Of a stretch of 64,000 nt of DNA, positions 1-9,600 are shown one piece after another (the stretch's first letter is position 1; every line of letters begins with the position of its first letter). The notes under the pieces are model-generated. The model was not told where the DNA came from. It saw only the letters and a list, made by a program, of their open reading frames with translations, and did not search any database. The translations under genes were made by a program, and so were the position numbers. The stretch is from Penicillus capitatus (lineage: Eukaryota; Plantae; Chlorophyta), in the NCBI GenBank assembly GCA_965649825.1, contig OZ287695.1, forward strand, positions 1,787,288 through 1,851,287, written 5' to 3'.

Positions 1-4
1 GCAC

Positions 5-1828
5 GTGCGTCAGGCGGCGATGACGGCGATCGGCAATGTCGTTGCAGTAGCGCCTGGACTCGCTGCGGATGCTCTTCCGACGCTGTCTAAGGGGTGCGTC
101 GACGAAGACTGGCTTGTTCGTCAGGCAGCGATATCGGCGATCGGCAATGTCGTCCCTCCGGTTCCTGAACTCGCCGGCGAGGTTCTGCCGTCGCTATCTA
201 AGGGGTGCGTGGACGAAGACTGGCACGTTCGTCAAGCAGCGGCGTCGGCGATTGAAAGTGTCGTCGCAGCGGCGCCTGGACTCGCTGCGGATGTTCTTCC
301 GACGCTGGTTGAGTGTTGCGTGGACGAAGACTGGCACGTTCGTCAAGCAGCGGCGTCGGCGATTGGCAGTGTCGTCGCGGAGTCATCGCACATCCTGAGT
401 CAACTGTTGCAGTTATTAGAAGCAGGATGCGAAGACGAAGACTTTCTTGTACGTCAGAATGCGATTGACGCCGTAGGCAAGACTTTCGAGGAGAAAGAGT
501 ATTTCAGCGACCAGTGGCTGCCGATGCTGAAACGTGGGTGTAACGATCAAGCATTCTTTGTTCGCCAAAATGCATTAGAAGCTGTCTGCAAGGTTATCAT
601 AGTGATGCCAAACCTTGCAGGCGGCTTGATAAATTTTCTTGACGAGAGATGCACCGACAATATCTATTTCGTGCGTTGTACTGCGATCAGAGTCGTCGGC
701 AAGGTCTCCGGAGCAAGGCCGTACCTTATGAACAAACTTCTGCCGATGTTTGAGAGACATTGCTGCGATGAAGATTTCTTTGTGCGTCTGAACGCAATAG
801 AGGCCGTTGGCTCGGCAGTCGGCGAGGCTCCGCAACTCGCGGGTGAATTCATGCCGATGCTGGAGAGAGGGTGCATGGATGAACACAATGATGTGCGTTC
901 GACTACGCTCAAGGCTCTCGGCTCGGCCGTCTGCGCGGCTCCGCAACTCGCGGGTAAATTCATGCCGATGCTGGAGAGAGGGTGCATGGATGAACACAAT
1001 GATGTGCGTTCGACTACGCTCAAGGCTCTCGGCTCGGCCGTCTGCGCGGCTCCGCAACTCGCGGGTAAATTCATGCCGATGCTGGAGAGAGGGTGCATGG
1101 ATGAACACAATGATGTGCGTTCGACTACGCTCAAGGCTCTCGGCTCGGCCGTCTGCGCGGCTCCGCAACTCGCGGGTAAATTCATGCCGATGCTGGAGAG
1201 AGGGTGCATGGATGAACACAATGATGTGCGTTCGACTACGCTCAAGGCTCTCGGCTCGGCCGTCTGCGCGGCTCCGCAACTCGCGGGTAAATTCATGCCG
1301 ATGCTGGAGAGAGGGTGCATGGATGAACACAGCGATGTGCGTTCGATTGCGCTGAAGTCCATAGGAGCGGTGGCCAATCTTGTCGGCAAACTCGTGCCGA
1401 TGCTTGAGAGAGGGTGCATCGATGAATGCAGCGATGAGCGTTCGAATTCGTTGAAGACTATCAGTGGAGTCATCGAGACAACCTTGCACCTCGTGGGCGA
1501 ACTGTTGCCAAAGCTTCGAAACGAATGCAGCGACGAACACTCCTCTGTTCACCGAAATCCAACAACAACACCGAGCGAACTAAGACTTTATCGGGTTAAT
1601 CTTCTGTCAAGTGTCTCTGCAGCAAAACCCAACCTTTTGCTTATTTTCGTCCAAAACTCATTTACACTTGGCCCCCCAACAAAAGATAAGAAGGTTCCGT
1701 TAGTCTTGCATGCAACATCATTCCATGAGATTGGAAGATGGGACGGGGCAACTCTCAATAAGTATCTTGCGGATTTGAAGAAAGACTTTGAAGAAAAGTT
1801 TCCGAGTTTGTTGGAAAACCTTGCATAA
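5..1828 (+). CDS. HEAT-repeat protein (37-aa repeats), 5' end probably upstream of window
   Basis: 607-aa uninterrupted ORF with repeated xGCxDExxxVRxxAxxAxGxV...LP motif typical of HEAT repeats, followed by a non-repetitive C-terminal tail. Confidence 0.85.
   Translation: MRQAAMTAIGNVVAVAPGLAADALPTLSKGCVDEDWLVRQAAISAIGNVVPPVPELAGEVLPSLSKGCVDEDWHVRQAAASAIESVVAAAPGLAADVLPTLVECCVDEDWHVRQAAASAIGSVVAESSHILSQLLQLLEAGCEDEDFLVRQNAIDAVGKTFEEKEYFSDQWLPMLKRGCNDQAFFVRQNALEAVCKVIIVMPNLAGGLINFLDERCTDNIYFVRCTAIRVVGKVSGARPYLMNKLLPMFERHCCDEDFFVRLNAIEAVGSAVGEAPQLAGEFMPMLERGCMDEHNDVRSTTLKALGSAVCAAPQLAGKFMPMLERGCMDEHNDVRSTTLKALGSAVCAAPQLAGKFMPMLERGCMDEHNDVRSTTLKALGSAVCAAPQLAGKFMPMLERGCMDEHNDVRSTTLKALGSAVCAAPQLAGKFMPMLERGCMDEHSDVRSIALKSIGAVANLVGKLVPMLERGCIDECSDERSNSLKTISGVIETTLHLVGELLPKLRNECSDEHSSVHRNPTTTPSELRLYRVNLLSSVSAAKPNLLLIFVQNSFTLGPPTKDKKVPLVLHATSFHEIGRWDGATLNKYLADLKKDFEEKFPSLLENLA
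841..1345 (+). repeat. Near-perfect 111-bp coding tandem repeat (4 full units plus a partial unit)
   Basis: Unit starts at 841, 952, 1063, 1174 and 1285 (gggt[g/a]aattcatgccgatgctgg...); encodes GKFMPMLERGCMDEHNDVRSTTLKALGSAVCAAPQLA. Confidence 0.95.
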
Positions 1829-2699
1829 GAGAATAAATGCATGGATACTTTCGAAATAAACGTTTACAGAACTCAGGCGATCGAGACACGTCAACATTTA
1901 TCACGATTTGCGCATTTTTGAAGTAAGTGTTTTGAAGATTTAAGCAAACGACTACTTCCCTTTAATGTTTCGGTCTGTCGAAGAAGATTTACATGTCTTT
2001 GAGCGTCTCTTGGTCTATTTATCAACAACCAATATGTATGTTTTGTTTGGGGTCTGGTATCATCGGGTGGACGTGTGATTCGCTGGCTTATCCTTAATAC
2101 ACTAAAAGTACAATCCATGTTACGCAAGTACGTATGGGCGTCGCTGGATGTGGTTGACAATGCGCTACATCTGTAAGAGAAGAGTCGTTTTGCCATAAAC
2201 AAATTCGTCACAAACTGGCAAGACTTTCGACATCTTACGGTACCGCGGATGAAGCATTTATAAGGTTGACACATTCATGGCACGTCGCGAAGGGAAAGTT
2301 GTTTTCATGAGCAAAACTTCTTGTGTACAGAAGAATCTTCACATCTCACGTCAGTCAGCGACGATGACGCGTTTGTAGCCAATCTGGAATGGTCATTGTC
2401 CGCTTATAGCAACAGATTGTTTAAACAAGGCACTCTTCTAACTTATTTGGAGGAGGCCGATACACATTTGCACTAATAGTCTTTTTGCCTGCAATATACG
2501 CAATCAACAAAAGAACGAATAGAACCAATATCGAACGCTGAATGGGGTGGGCAAAAAGAAAAGCAAACAAGGAAGGTAATCGCAGTTTAAACACTCAATA
2601 GAGCTCGCAGGCTGCAAACTCGCGTCTATTTTCTCTTCAGACCTCCCCTGTCTGTACAACGGCAACGTGAGTATGCATGTGTGTGCATCCACTCGAACA

Positions 2700-4270
2700 G
2701 TGAATCCCTGTGTACCGCGATGATATTCTGCCCTCCAACGACAATCTCCTTTCGGTACGGTATTGCGGCGACAAACAGCACGAGGTCTCTTAGAGAGAGA
2801 GTTTCTCGTCTCGTCTCGTCTACTCGGCATGTTTCTCTTTCGCCGATTTATGTCTGGCCACCACTAACGCGACACCAAGACGCGAATTGGACGAGTGCAT
2901 CTAGCTTTTGTGCATCTCACGGTTCAGAAAAACAGAAAGGTCCCTGCTGGCAACCGATGAAGGCGCAAACGAACGTTCAGTTGGCTATGGTGGGTGGTGA
3001 GCTATGTGGCGCGTTTGCGTTTTCGGCTTTCGTCCTCTTGTTAGGTGTGTCCTAAGAGAACTTGGGTTTCACAGACGCTCTTGCGTTGGACAACGATGAA
3101 GTCGCCGGCGTTAGGAAAGCTGTACAGTAATGCCTGCAGAATCGCGGCGTCGATGAAGAACGAACATGTAGTGTGTACGGCAAAAGTCTGCGAGATGCCT
3201 TTTGCACCTTCGACTTCGCAGATCCGGTACAAGGCGAATAAAATGCGTATCTAAACGGGTTTCGCCGGTTTATTGCAGAGAGACCTGTCGTCCCGATGTG
3301 GTGTTCCCTTATGTCTCGTCGTCGACTCCTCATGTGCGTGTTCTTGTCAATTGTTTCGGCGGCGCCTTGGCGCGTCGGAGCGACTCCGTCTAAGAAAGGT
3401 CCGCCGGCGTCTCTCTGTCTAGTTAGATGCATCGATGCATTCCCAGGAGCCTCCAGGTACGAAACAAGGCAAGCCTACAGCGACATCCGGCGGAGGAGAT
3501 TTGCTGCCGTCGACGCCTCTCTTCTTCCTCTGTACGGATATCGACGCCGACTTCGCCAAAGGGACTCGAAGGAGATGATTCGCATCACCAAGGTCAGTTG
3601 TCTTTCGGAGCGAATCGTCGTTAACTGTTTCGCAGGGAAACTACGACGGGGATTTCTTGAAGCGAGAGGCCGTCCGAGTGGAGTTCGTCGTCGAGTCGCC
3701 CGTTTCGACGTCGCCTCGTGAATTGCAGTGCGTCCTGTCGAGAAACAACGTCACAGAATGGAAGGATGACAAATGTTCCTCGCCGCTGCTCCTCGACGAC
3801 CAGATTCGAAAGGATGGAGAGTACCGTCTCGACATCCAGGTATCGGCGACTCAAAGTGCAAAGCCTAGACTCGAAATGTGGGTCACAGGAAGATATTGAC
3901 GCGGCGGAAGATGGACTATTATCAGCTTCGAGTTCCTGGATTATCGACAGGACGCCGCCGAAGACTGAAATCACACGAGTGACCTGCACTGGCTGCACCG
4001 GAAGGAGAGTCACTTTTACGGCAACCGACCGCCGGGCAGTGAACAAGTTTCAGTGCAGAGTGGACGGAAGTAGATGGACCTCATGCAGCAGTCCCCACAG
4101 GATTCAGGTAGAGGCCAACTGGGACAGCGACAATGCGCTTCTTAATCGACGTTTAGACCGACGGCACTGGAAGTCATGTCTTTGAAGTCAGAGCCGTCGA
4201 CAAGGCTGGTAACAGGGACGCTACTCCATCGAAATACACTTGGAATGATACAGTTTCTGAAAAGTGAGAT
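2700..4270 (+). repeat. Segmental duplicate of ~30940-32520 (Ig-repeat gene plus upstream ~600 bp)
   Basis: Long colinear similarity, e.g. gacgcgaattggacgagtgcatctagcttttgtgcatctc and gtcagagccgtcg...aacagggacgctactcca occur in both places. Confidence 0.9.
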
Positions 4271-4689
4271 GTATTCTATCAGCTGCTGAGGCATCACTTG
4301 TTTTCTCCCTTAGTGATGAAAACGATGTCGACGGCTCCGGCGACCAGTTTGAACCCGCAGAATCCGCTGGCATGGCAACTTCCGGGTGCCAGTCGGTTTC
4401 TCAGTGTTCCAGCGACAGTGGTGAATCCTCAAGAGGTGGATCCGCAACTGTTGGAATCTGTGTCGCCGCCGTTATCGTTGGACTTGCCTGGCTGTTTTAT
4501 ATCTGGTATTATTATCCTTGCTTGTTTAAGCGTAAAAGAAAACGAAAAGACGAGTCTTACGACGGCGGGGATTGCTTCGCTGGAGACGGTGGAGATGGAG
4601 ACGGTGGCGATGGAGATGGAGACGGAGACGGTGGCGATTGCGACTGCGATTGCGATTGCGACTGCGATTTCGGTGGCGGCAGCGAATGA
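3296..4689 (+). CDS. Spliced type I membrane protein with two bacterial-type Ig-like repeats, TM helix and Gly/Asp/Cys-rich tail
   Basis: Manual splicing of five ~43-50 nt GT-AG introns gives one open frame: signal-peptide-like RRLLMCVFLSIVSAA; WIIDRTPPKTEI...FQCRVDGSRWTSCSSP...GSHVFEVRAVDKAGNRDATPSKYTW; TM VGICVAAVIVGLAWLFYIWYYY; KRKRKRK; (GD)n(CD)n tail. Confidence 0.75.
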
Positions 4690-5013
4690 CGATAAATCAA
4701 TCGCACCCAAAGCACAATGCGGACGGTACGAAGACCCCTTAACGCGTCGAAATTCTCGTTCTACCTTCTGCTGCGCATTCTTCATTCTGTCGCTGTTACC
4801 CGACGCTGTAGTGAAACGTTTCACGATCATCACCTGTTGCAAACTGTGGAGAAGAAGTCTCACATTCTTGGGTAGACTTGTTGTACGGTGGTCATTGACT
4901 TCGTTGTTTAATCATCACGCAACAGGTTTCGAATGCGCCGCTTTCCGCACCACTACTATTATTGCCACCTGTCACATCACGCGTTCTGCGATGGGCCATC
5001 CGTCAGGCGTGAC

Positions 5014-6262
5014 TGTGAACGTCGACCTGTCGGCCGAGTCCGGACCGGATAGCGAGTCTGTCGGCGATCGGGCCGGACGAAAGATTAAACGCAAGCGAAA
5101 GACTTTTACAACTGTTTGGAGCAAGGTAGAACAACGCTCAGATTGTCCGTTTTATACCCCCGTGACGATGTGACACGCCTAGGCAGGTGAGTCATCCTCG
5201 CGCCAGAACCAGAGAATAGCGCCTCAGATGACTCATCCTGCGCCCCCCAGGACGTGAACCCATTGTAAACGAGACAGTCGCATCGGCAGATCGCCATCTT
5301 GCCGACAGAGTCGCGCAGGGAACTCGTCAGCAATGTTATTTACATAACTTAGACGATACAGCAGAACAGTTCTGTTTAAATACCCCGGTCATTGGTCTGT
5401 CACGTCGTTACGTAAGCCTCTTCTCAGGCCTCTCGTCATGCGTTCTCCAGTGATATTCTGCTGGCGTGGCGCCACAAGGACGGTTGGCGCAATAGCAGCG
5501 TCCTCTCGCCAGAAGACCCGAGGCAACAGCGGGCACCTTCACATGGGCGCACCCGCATTCCTGCTGACGCAAACTCCGAGGTACTCTCGCTTCACCGTTC
5601 TGCTGCTTCCCCTTGCAGCTCTGACACTGACAGGATGAGCGGCGGCGGACAGCACAGGAGAAAACGCAGCGGAAGTCTTTGTCTCTCGCTGTCCCGAAGC
5701 ACGGTCTTCAGTCTTCACGCACGGTCTTCAGTCTTCACGTCTCCCGAGGCGGTCAGCGAGTCCGACCTGCCCCCGACGCGGGGCAGCGCTCAGCGCCAGT
5801 CCCTCGGTTACGCACCACTCTGGGTCTCCGCTCAGACCCTGCGCTCGAACCCGCTCAAGCGCAGCGGAAGTCTTGAAATGCGGGCAGCGCGGCAGCGGAC
5901 CCTTGGTGGACGGCGCAGAGGATGAAAACGAAAACGGCGCAGTGAGTCGGTGAAAGCCGCACTCACGTAGGCTCGCTCCGAAACCATGTGAACGTCGACC
6001 TGTCGGCCGAGTCCGGACCGGATAGCGAGTCGCGCAGGGAACTCGTCAGCAATGTTATTTACATAACTTAGACGATACAGCAGAACAGTTCTGTTTAAAT
6101 ACCCCGGTCATTGGTCTGTCACGTCGTTACGTAAGCCTCTTCTCAGGCCTCTCGTCATGCGTTCTCCAGTGATATTCTGCTGGCGTGGCGCCACAAGGAC
6201 GGTTGGCGCAATAGCAGCGTCCTCTCGCCAGAAGACCCGAGGCAACAGCGGGCACCTTCACA
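5014..6262. repeat. Split direct repeat: X(5014-5058)...Y(5308-5543)...XY fused (5987-6262)
   Basis: 5987-6262 matches 5014-5058 joined to 5313-5543 at a shared GAGTC; copies appear identical by eye. Confidence 0.92.
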
Positions 6263-6439
6263 GTGACGTCGGGGGTGGGTGCGGCATTATTGTCCGACCG
6301 CTTATATTTGTCAAGGGCAACATTCTACTGACGGAATATTTGTATAGCCGATGTCGTCTGCGATTCCTAACAGACATAGCACTTGTCAGATTTCGATTAC
6401 TGCGATGTTGTCTGCCGATTGTGCCACGATTCGCCGTAA

Positions 6440-6930
6440 ACACTTTTCTCGGAACCACTATTGCTCAAGTTGCTCCGACATCTCCTGTGACGTCCACTGT
6501 CGATGTGATAGGCGGCACGAGAACTCTCCTGACAATGCCGTGGCGACTGCCTTTGAAAGAGCACCTGCATCGCAGGAGAGTGTGTCTATGTCGATTAACG
6601 CGACAACGACAAGAATCGCTTGCAGTCAAAAAACTCTCCGCTCATCGTTGCTTACGTCCGTAGTGTCTTCACGTACTTGTTTCTGGCAACTCCGCCTCTC
6701 TATCTTAAAGGTCCTCAAGAATCCGATTGCTGCTTCGTGTACGCCGGCAGCCGTTCTTGCATCGCCTTGAGTTTGGCTTCTTTGTCTTACTGCCTTTTTT
6801 CCGCGTCCATTCCTCTCCTGGTGGCTGCCGACCGAGGAGCCCTGTTTCCTTCTGCGAGGTCGAGAAGCATGTGAGGCGAGGAAATCGCCACTCCTTTGGA
6901 GCTATCGACATCCGCGTGCGTTTAGAATGC
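6440..6930 (-). pseudogene. ygfZ: Decayed copy of the 3' end of ygfZ and its downstream flank (homologous to ~17270-17750)
   Basis: Minus frame ...RRGMDAEKRQ*DKEAKLKAMQERLPAYTKQQSDS* versus intact ...DRQQDKEAKLKAMQERLAAYMKQQSDS*; in-frame stops. Confidence 0.85.
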
Positions 6931-8387
6931 GACGAGATCCAGATTGAAGATGTATACCATAGGCATCCCGGTTTATTCGTGGTGATTCTCACCGCATTGT
7001 AAGTTTTTTGCAACGGTGGTCAATGACGCAAGTTGTTCCCAGCGCTGAGTACAACTTCGACAGCTACCATGGAGATTGACCTGCTCAGATGTTTTCGCGC
7101 AGCATCTCATCGCATTGCTTCCTTCGTTTGAGTTCTTCGACTAAACGATACCGTTTTGTGATCATTGTCGTTGCGCGAACGCCAAACCTGAACAAGTACA
7201 CAAGTTTTTAGTGGCGTGGATAGCGTTCTCAGTCACTGTTATGCGGCTGCGATGTGGCTGACAATCGAATTCTGATATCACTCCTATGCACAAGCCTCTT
7301 TTTGCATCGCTCAATTCGCAATGAGTGTCGTTTGACACATAAATGCGCTAGGCGAAACAGAGTGTGTGTCCCAAGAGCCTGCAGAGAGCGATTTCAGATG
7401 CGTCACCGGTCCCAACATTTGCAGAAAAGCTTCGTGACACATCCAACTCTTCGTCTGTGAAGCATCGCGGTCCTCAGCTTTGGAAATGCTGGAGGGCGAC
7501 CACAGAACAATTAGAGAACGGAAGCAAGACAGCCTATTAGTATCTTGTCCTTGGTGAGTTCCGGTTCCATCACCATCAGACGTCAAGTCGACCCACTAAA
7601 CTGCAGGAGATCTGTGTACAGATGATACAAAAAGAGCATCGTTCAATGCCGAAGCTAAACAAAAAACATACAGATTCTCTTCCTCTTCCAGAGGATTGCC
7701 ATCCAGAAGACACCACGAGGTCACATGCCAAGGACGGCTCTGTTTTCAATTAGAGAAGATCTGAGCACAGACGCGCGGATGTTCGCCAGCTTTCTTGCGA
7801 TGACGCCGGACAAGAGAGTTGTAGATAATAGAAATCATAAGATTTACGAGTGTCCGGTAAATTTCAAAACATCAAATTTAACACAGAGCTCGATGCATAC
7901 GCATGGAGTTCATGGGAAGATCGAGGAAAAGGTATCACCACGAATCTCTGAAATCGCAGCAAATCCAATGAGATAGAACTATGACTGGTCAAGCGATAGC
8001 TGTTGAACGTAGCCAGCTGCCAGGAAAGGAATTTCAAAACACACGAGAGACAGTAAGTTACAATTCTAGATGATCGAAGACGTGCGGAGAGTGAGAGGCA
8101 TCACTCATCGTAAGACGCTCCTTTGAGAGGCGAATGAGATTAAACCTCTGGCCTTCTGTCATCCTCATCCTCTGCCATACAGCATGTGTTCCGTTCACTG
8201 CTTCGAATAAGAATCCGTTTTCGCCTGAGAAGTCGATCTCTGTTCACCTGTGGGCCAGAGCGTAAAGAATCCCAAGGTTTCCGTTGAAATGTACGGCAAA
8301 AAGGATAGCAGAACCGTCAAATGGACGCCTACCTGTTCATGAGCATCCCGGATCCGATAAACAGAGAGCTCCTCAGCTCCCCGGCGC

Positions 8388-9335
8388 ATGCTGGGAAACG
8401 GGGTCCATCGACGAAGTGTTCGACACTTCGACTCGAACACAGAGTCTTCGGCAATCGCCAGTGATCTCCCCGGGTGCGGGAGTCTTCCCTCAGTGACTGT
8501 TGGCAACCACCACTCGTCAGCAGTAACGGCAGCGGCATCAAAACGTCCTCTCGAGCGTCCTTCGGCTCATTCGAGCTCGCGAACTCTTCTGGGTTTGACG
8601 GTTTTTCCGTTTTCTGCAAACAGTGCGCACACGATGGCTTCTTCCGACTCTCCGGCGTCCTTACCATCTCTCGCTCCGTCTCTGGCTTCCTCACCGTCCC
8701 TGGCTGGGTCCGTGACGTCGTCGTCTTCGATGGCCGCGCCACAAGGGTCCCCAGTTCAGTCCTTTTCCTTTGTCGAGGGGTCCCCGGCTCCGTCCGTGGC
8801 GTCCTTCTGCTTTCAGGCCCCGTCTTCCCCCTCTCCCTCCTCAGATTCCATGTCCACCACTCCCTCTCCCACTCCCTCTCCCTCTCCCTCTCCCTCTCCC
8901 ACTCCCTCTCCCTCACATCATCTTTTCCCTCAGCGTCCCCAGGTATACTGCATTCCCGCATGCCCCCCACCTCCCATCCCCCCACGCCCTTTTCTCCTTT
9001 CCATCCCCTCCTCCCGTCCACCCATTCCCCCACGCCCCTTTCGCTACTCCCTCCGTCACACATTTTTTCCTCCCCGTCCCTTCCTTTATTCCGTCCCTTC
9101 CCATCCACCTGCCATCCCACCACGCCCGTATCTCTTCTCTTTCCGCTCCCCTCTACCTGCCATTCCGCCACGGACCTGCTTTTTCTCAGGGGAATGTGTA
9201 AGTATATTTTTTTGTAGACTCTCTTCTCCTATATGTGCTTTGTGTAGGTCTTCATCTCAGATTGGCAGCAATGAAGACGATCGACCTTCCCTTTTTCTTG
9301 GAGCTGTTTTTTGGAGGATGGAAGGAAAACTTTAA
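8388..9335 (+). CDS. Ser/Pro-rich protein with C-terminal PPIPPRP repeats (copy A)
   Basis: (SP/TP)n tract followed by ~5 PPIPPRPFxxS repeats with variable third codon positions; probable 50-nt intron 9198-9247 would end the protein VFISDWQQ* at 9274; start uncertain. Confidence 0.55.
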   Translation: MLGNGVHRRSVRHFDSNTESSAIASDLPGCGSLPSVTVGNHHSSAVTAAASKRPLERPSAHSSSRTLLGLTVFPFSANSAHTMASSDSPASLPSLAPSLASSPSLAGSVTSSSSMAAPQGSPVQSFSFVEGSPAPSVASFCFQAPSSPSPSSDSMSTTPSPTPSPSPSPSPTPSPSHHLFPQRPQVYCIPACPPPPIPPRPFLLSIPSSRPPIPPRPFRYSLRHTFFPPRPFLYSVPSHPPAIPPRPYLFSFRSPLPAIPPRTCFFSGECVSIFFCRLSSPICALCRSSSQIGSNEDDRPSLFLGAVFWRMEGKL

Positions 9336-9479
9336 AAGAAAAGAAAAATTTTTAGTTTTCGCGCATTTCTCACTTTTTGGATGGCATGTTTAGGGGTGAT
9401 AAAATCAGAAAAGAAAAAACAAAAATTTTTATTTTTAGCACATACCTCACATTTTTTCCAGAGTGTGAGTTGAATAAAA

Positions 9480-9600
9480 TGAATAAATATTAAAAAAATA
9501 AAAATCAAAAAAAAAATCAAAAAAAAAAAAATAAAAAAAAAAATAAAAAAAACCAAAAAAACCAAAAAAAACCAAAAAAAAACCAAAAAAAAACAATAAT
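9480..9600 (+). repeat. A-rich low-complexity tract (A7-9CC-like units)
   Basis: aaaaaaaaccaaaaaaaccaaaaaaaaccaaaaaaaaacc seen directly. Confidence 0.9.

Noticed and set aside
575-1552. Long antisense and alternative-frame ORFs over the HEAT repeats (575-1552, 664-1473, 807-1355)
   Set aside because: Shadow ORFs propagated by the stop-free 111-bp repeat; no independent protein signal
1891-2700. Short ORFs downstream of the HEAT gene and at 7000-8300
   Set aside because: No recognisable motifs or splice-consistent frames; treated as intergenic or heavily decayed sequence
5900-5990. Hammerhead ribozyme or tRNA/SINE in the hairpin-rich spacer
   Set aside because: No CUGAUGA core paired with GAAA in the correct geometry; the GGTTCGA-like B-box lacks a cloverleaf or A-box
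8329-9171. Gly/Trp/Glu-rich minus-strand ORF opposite Pro-rich copy A
   Set aside because: Antisense shadow of the C-rich plus strand; codon-position variation favours the plus frame
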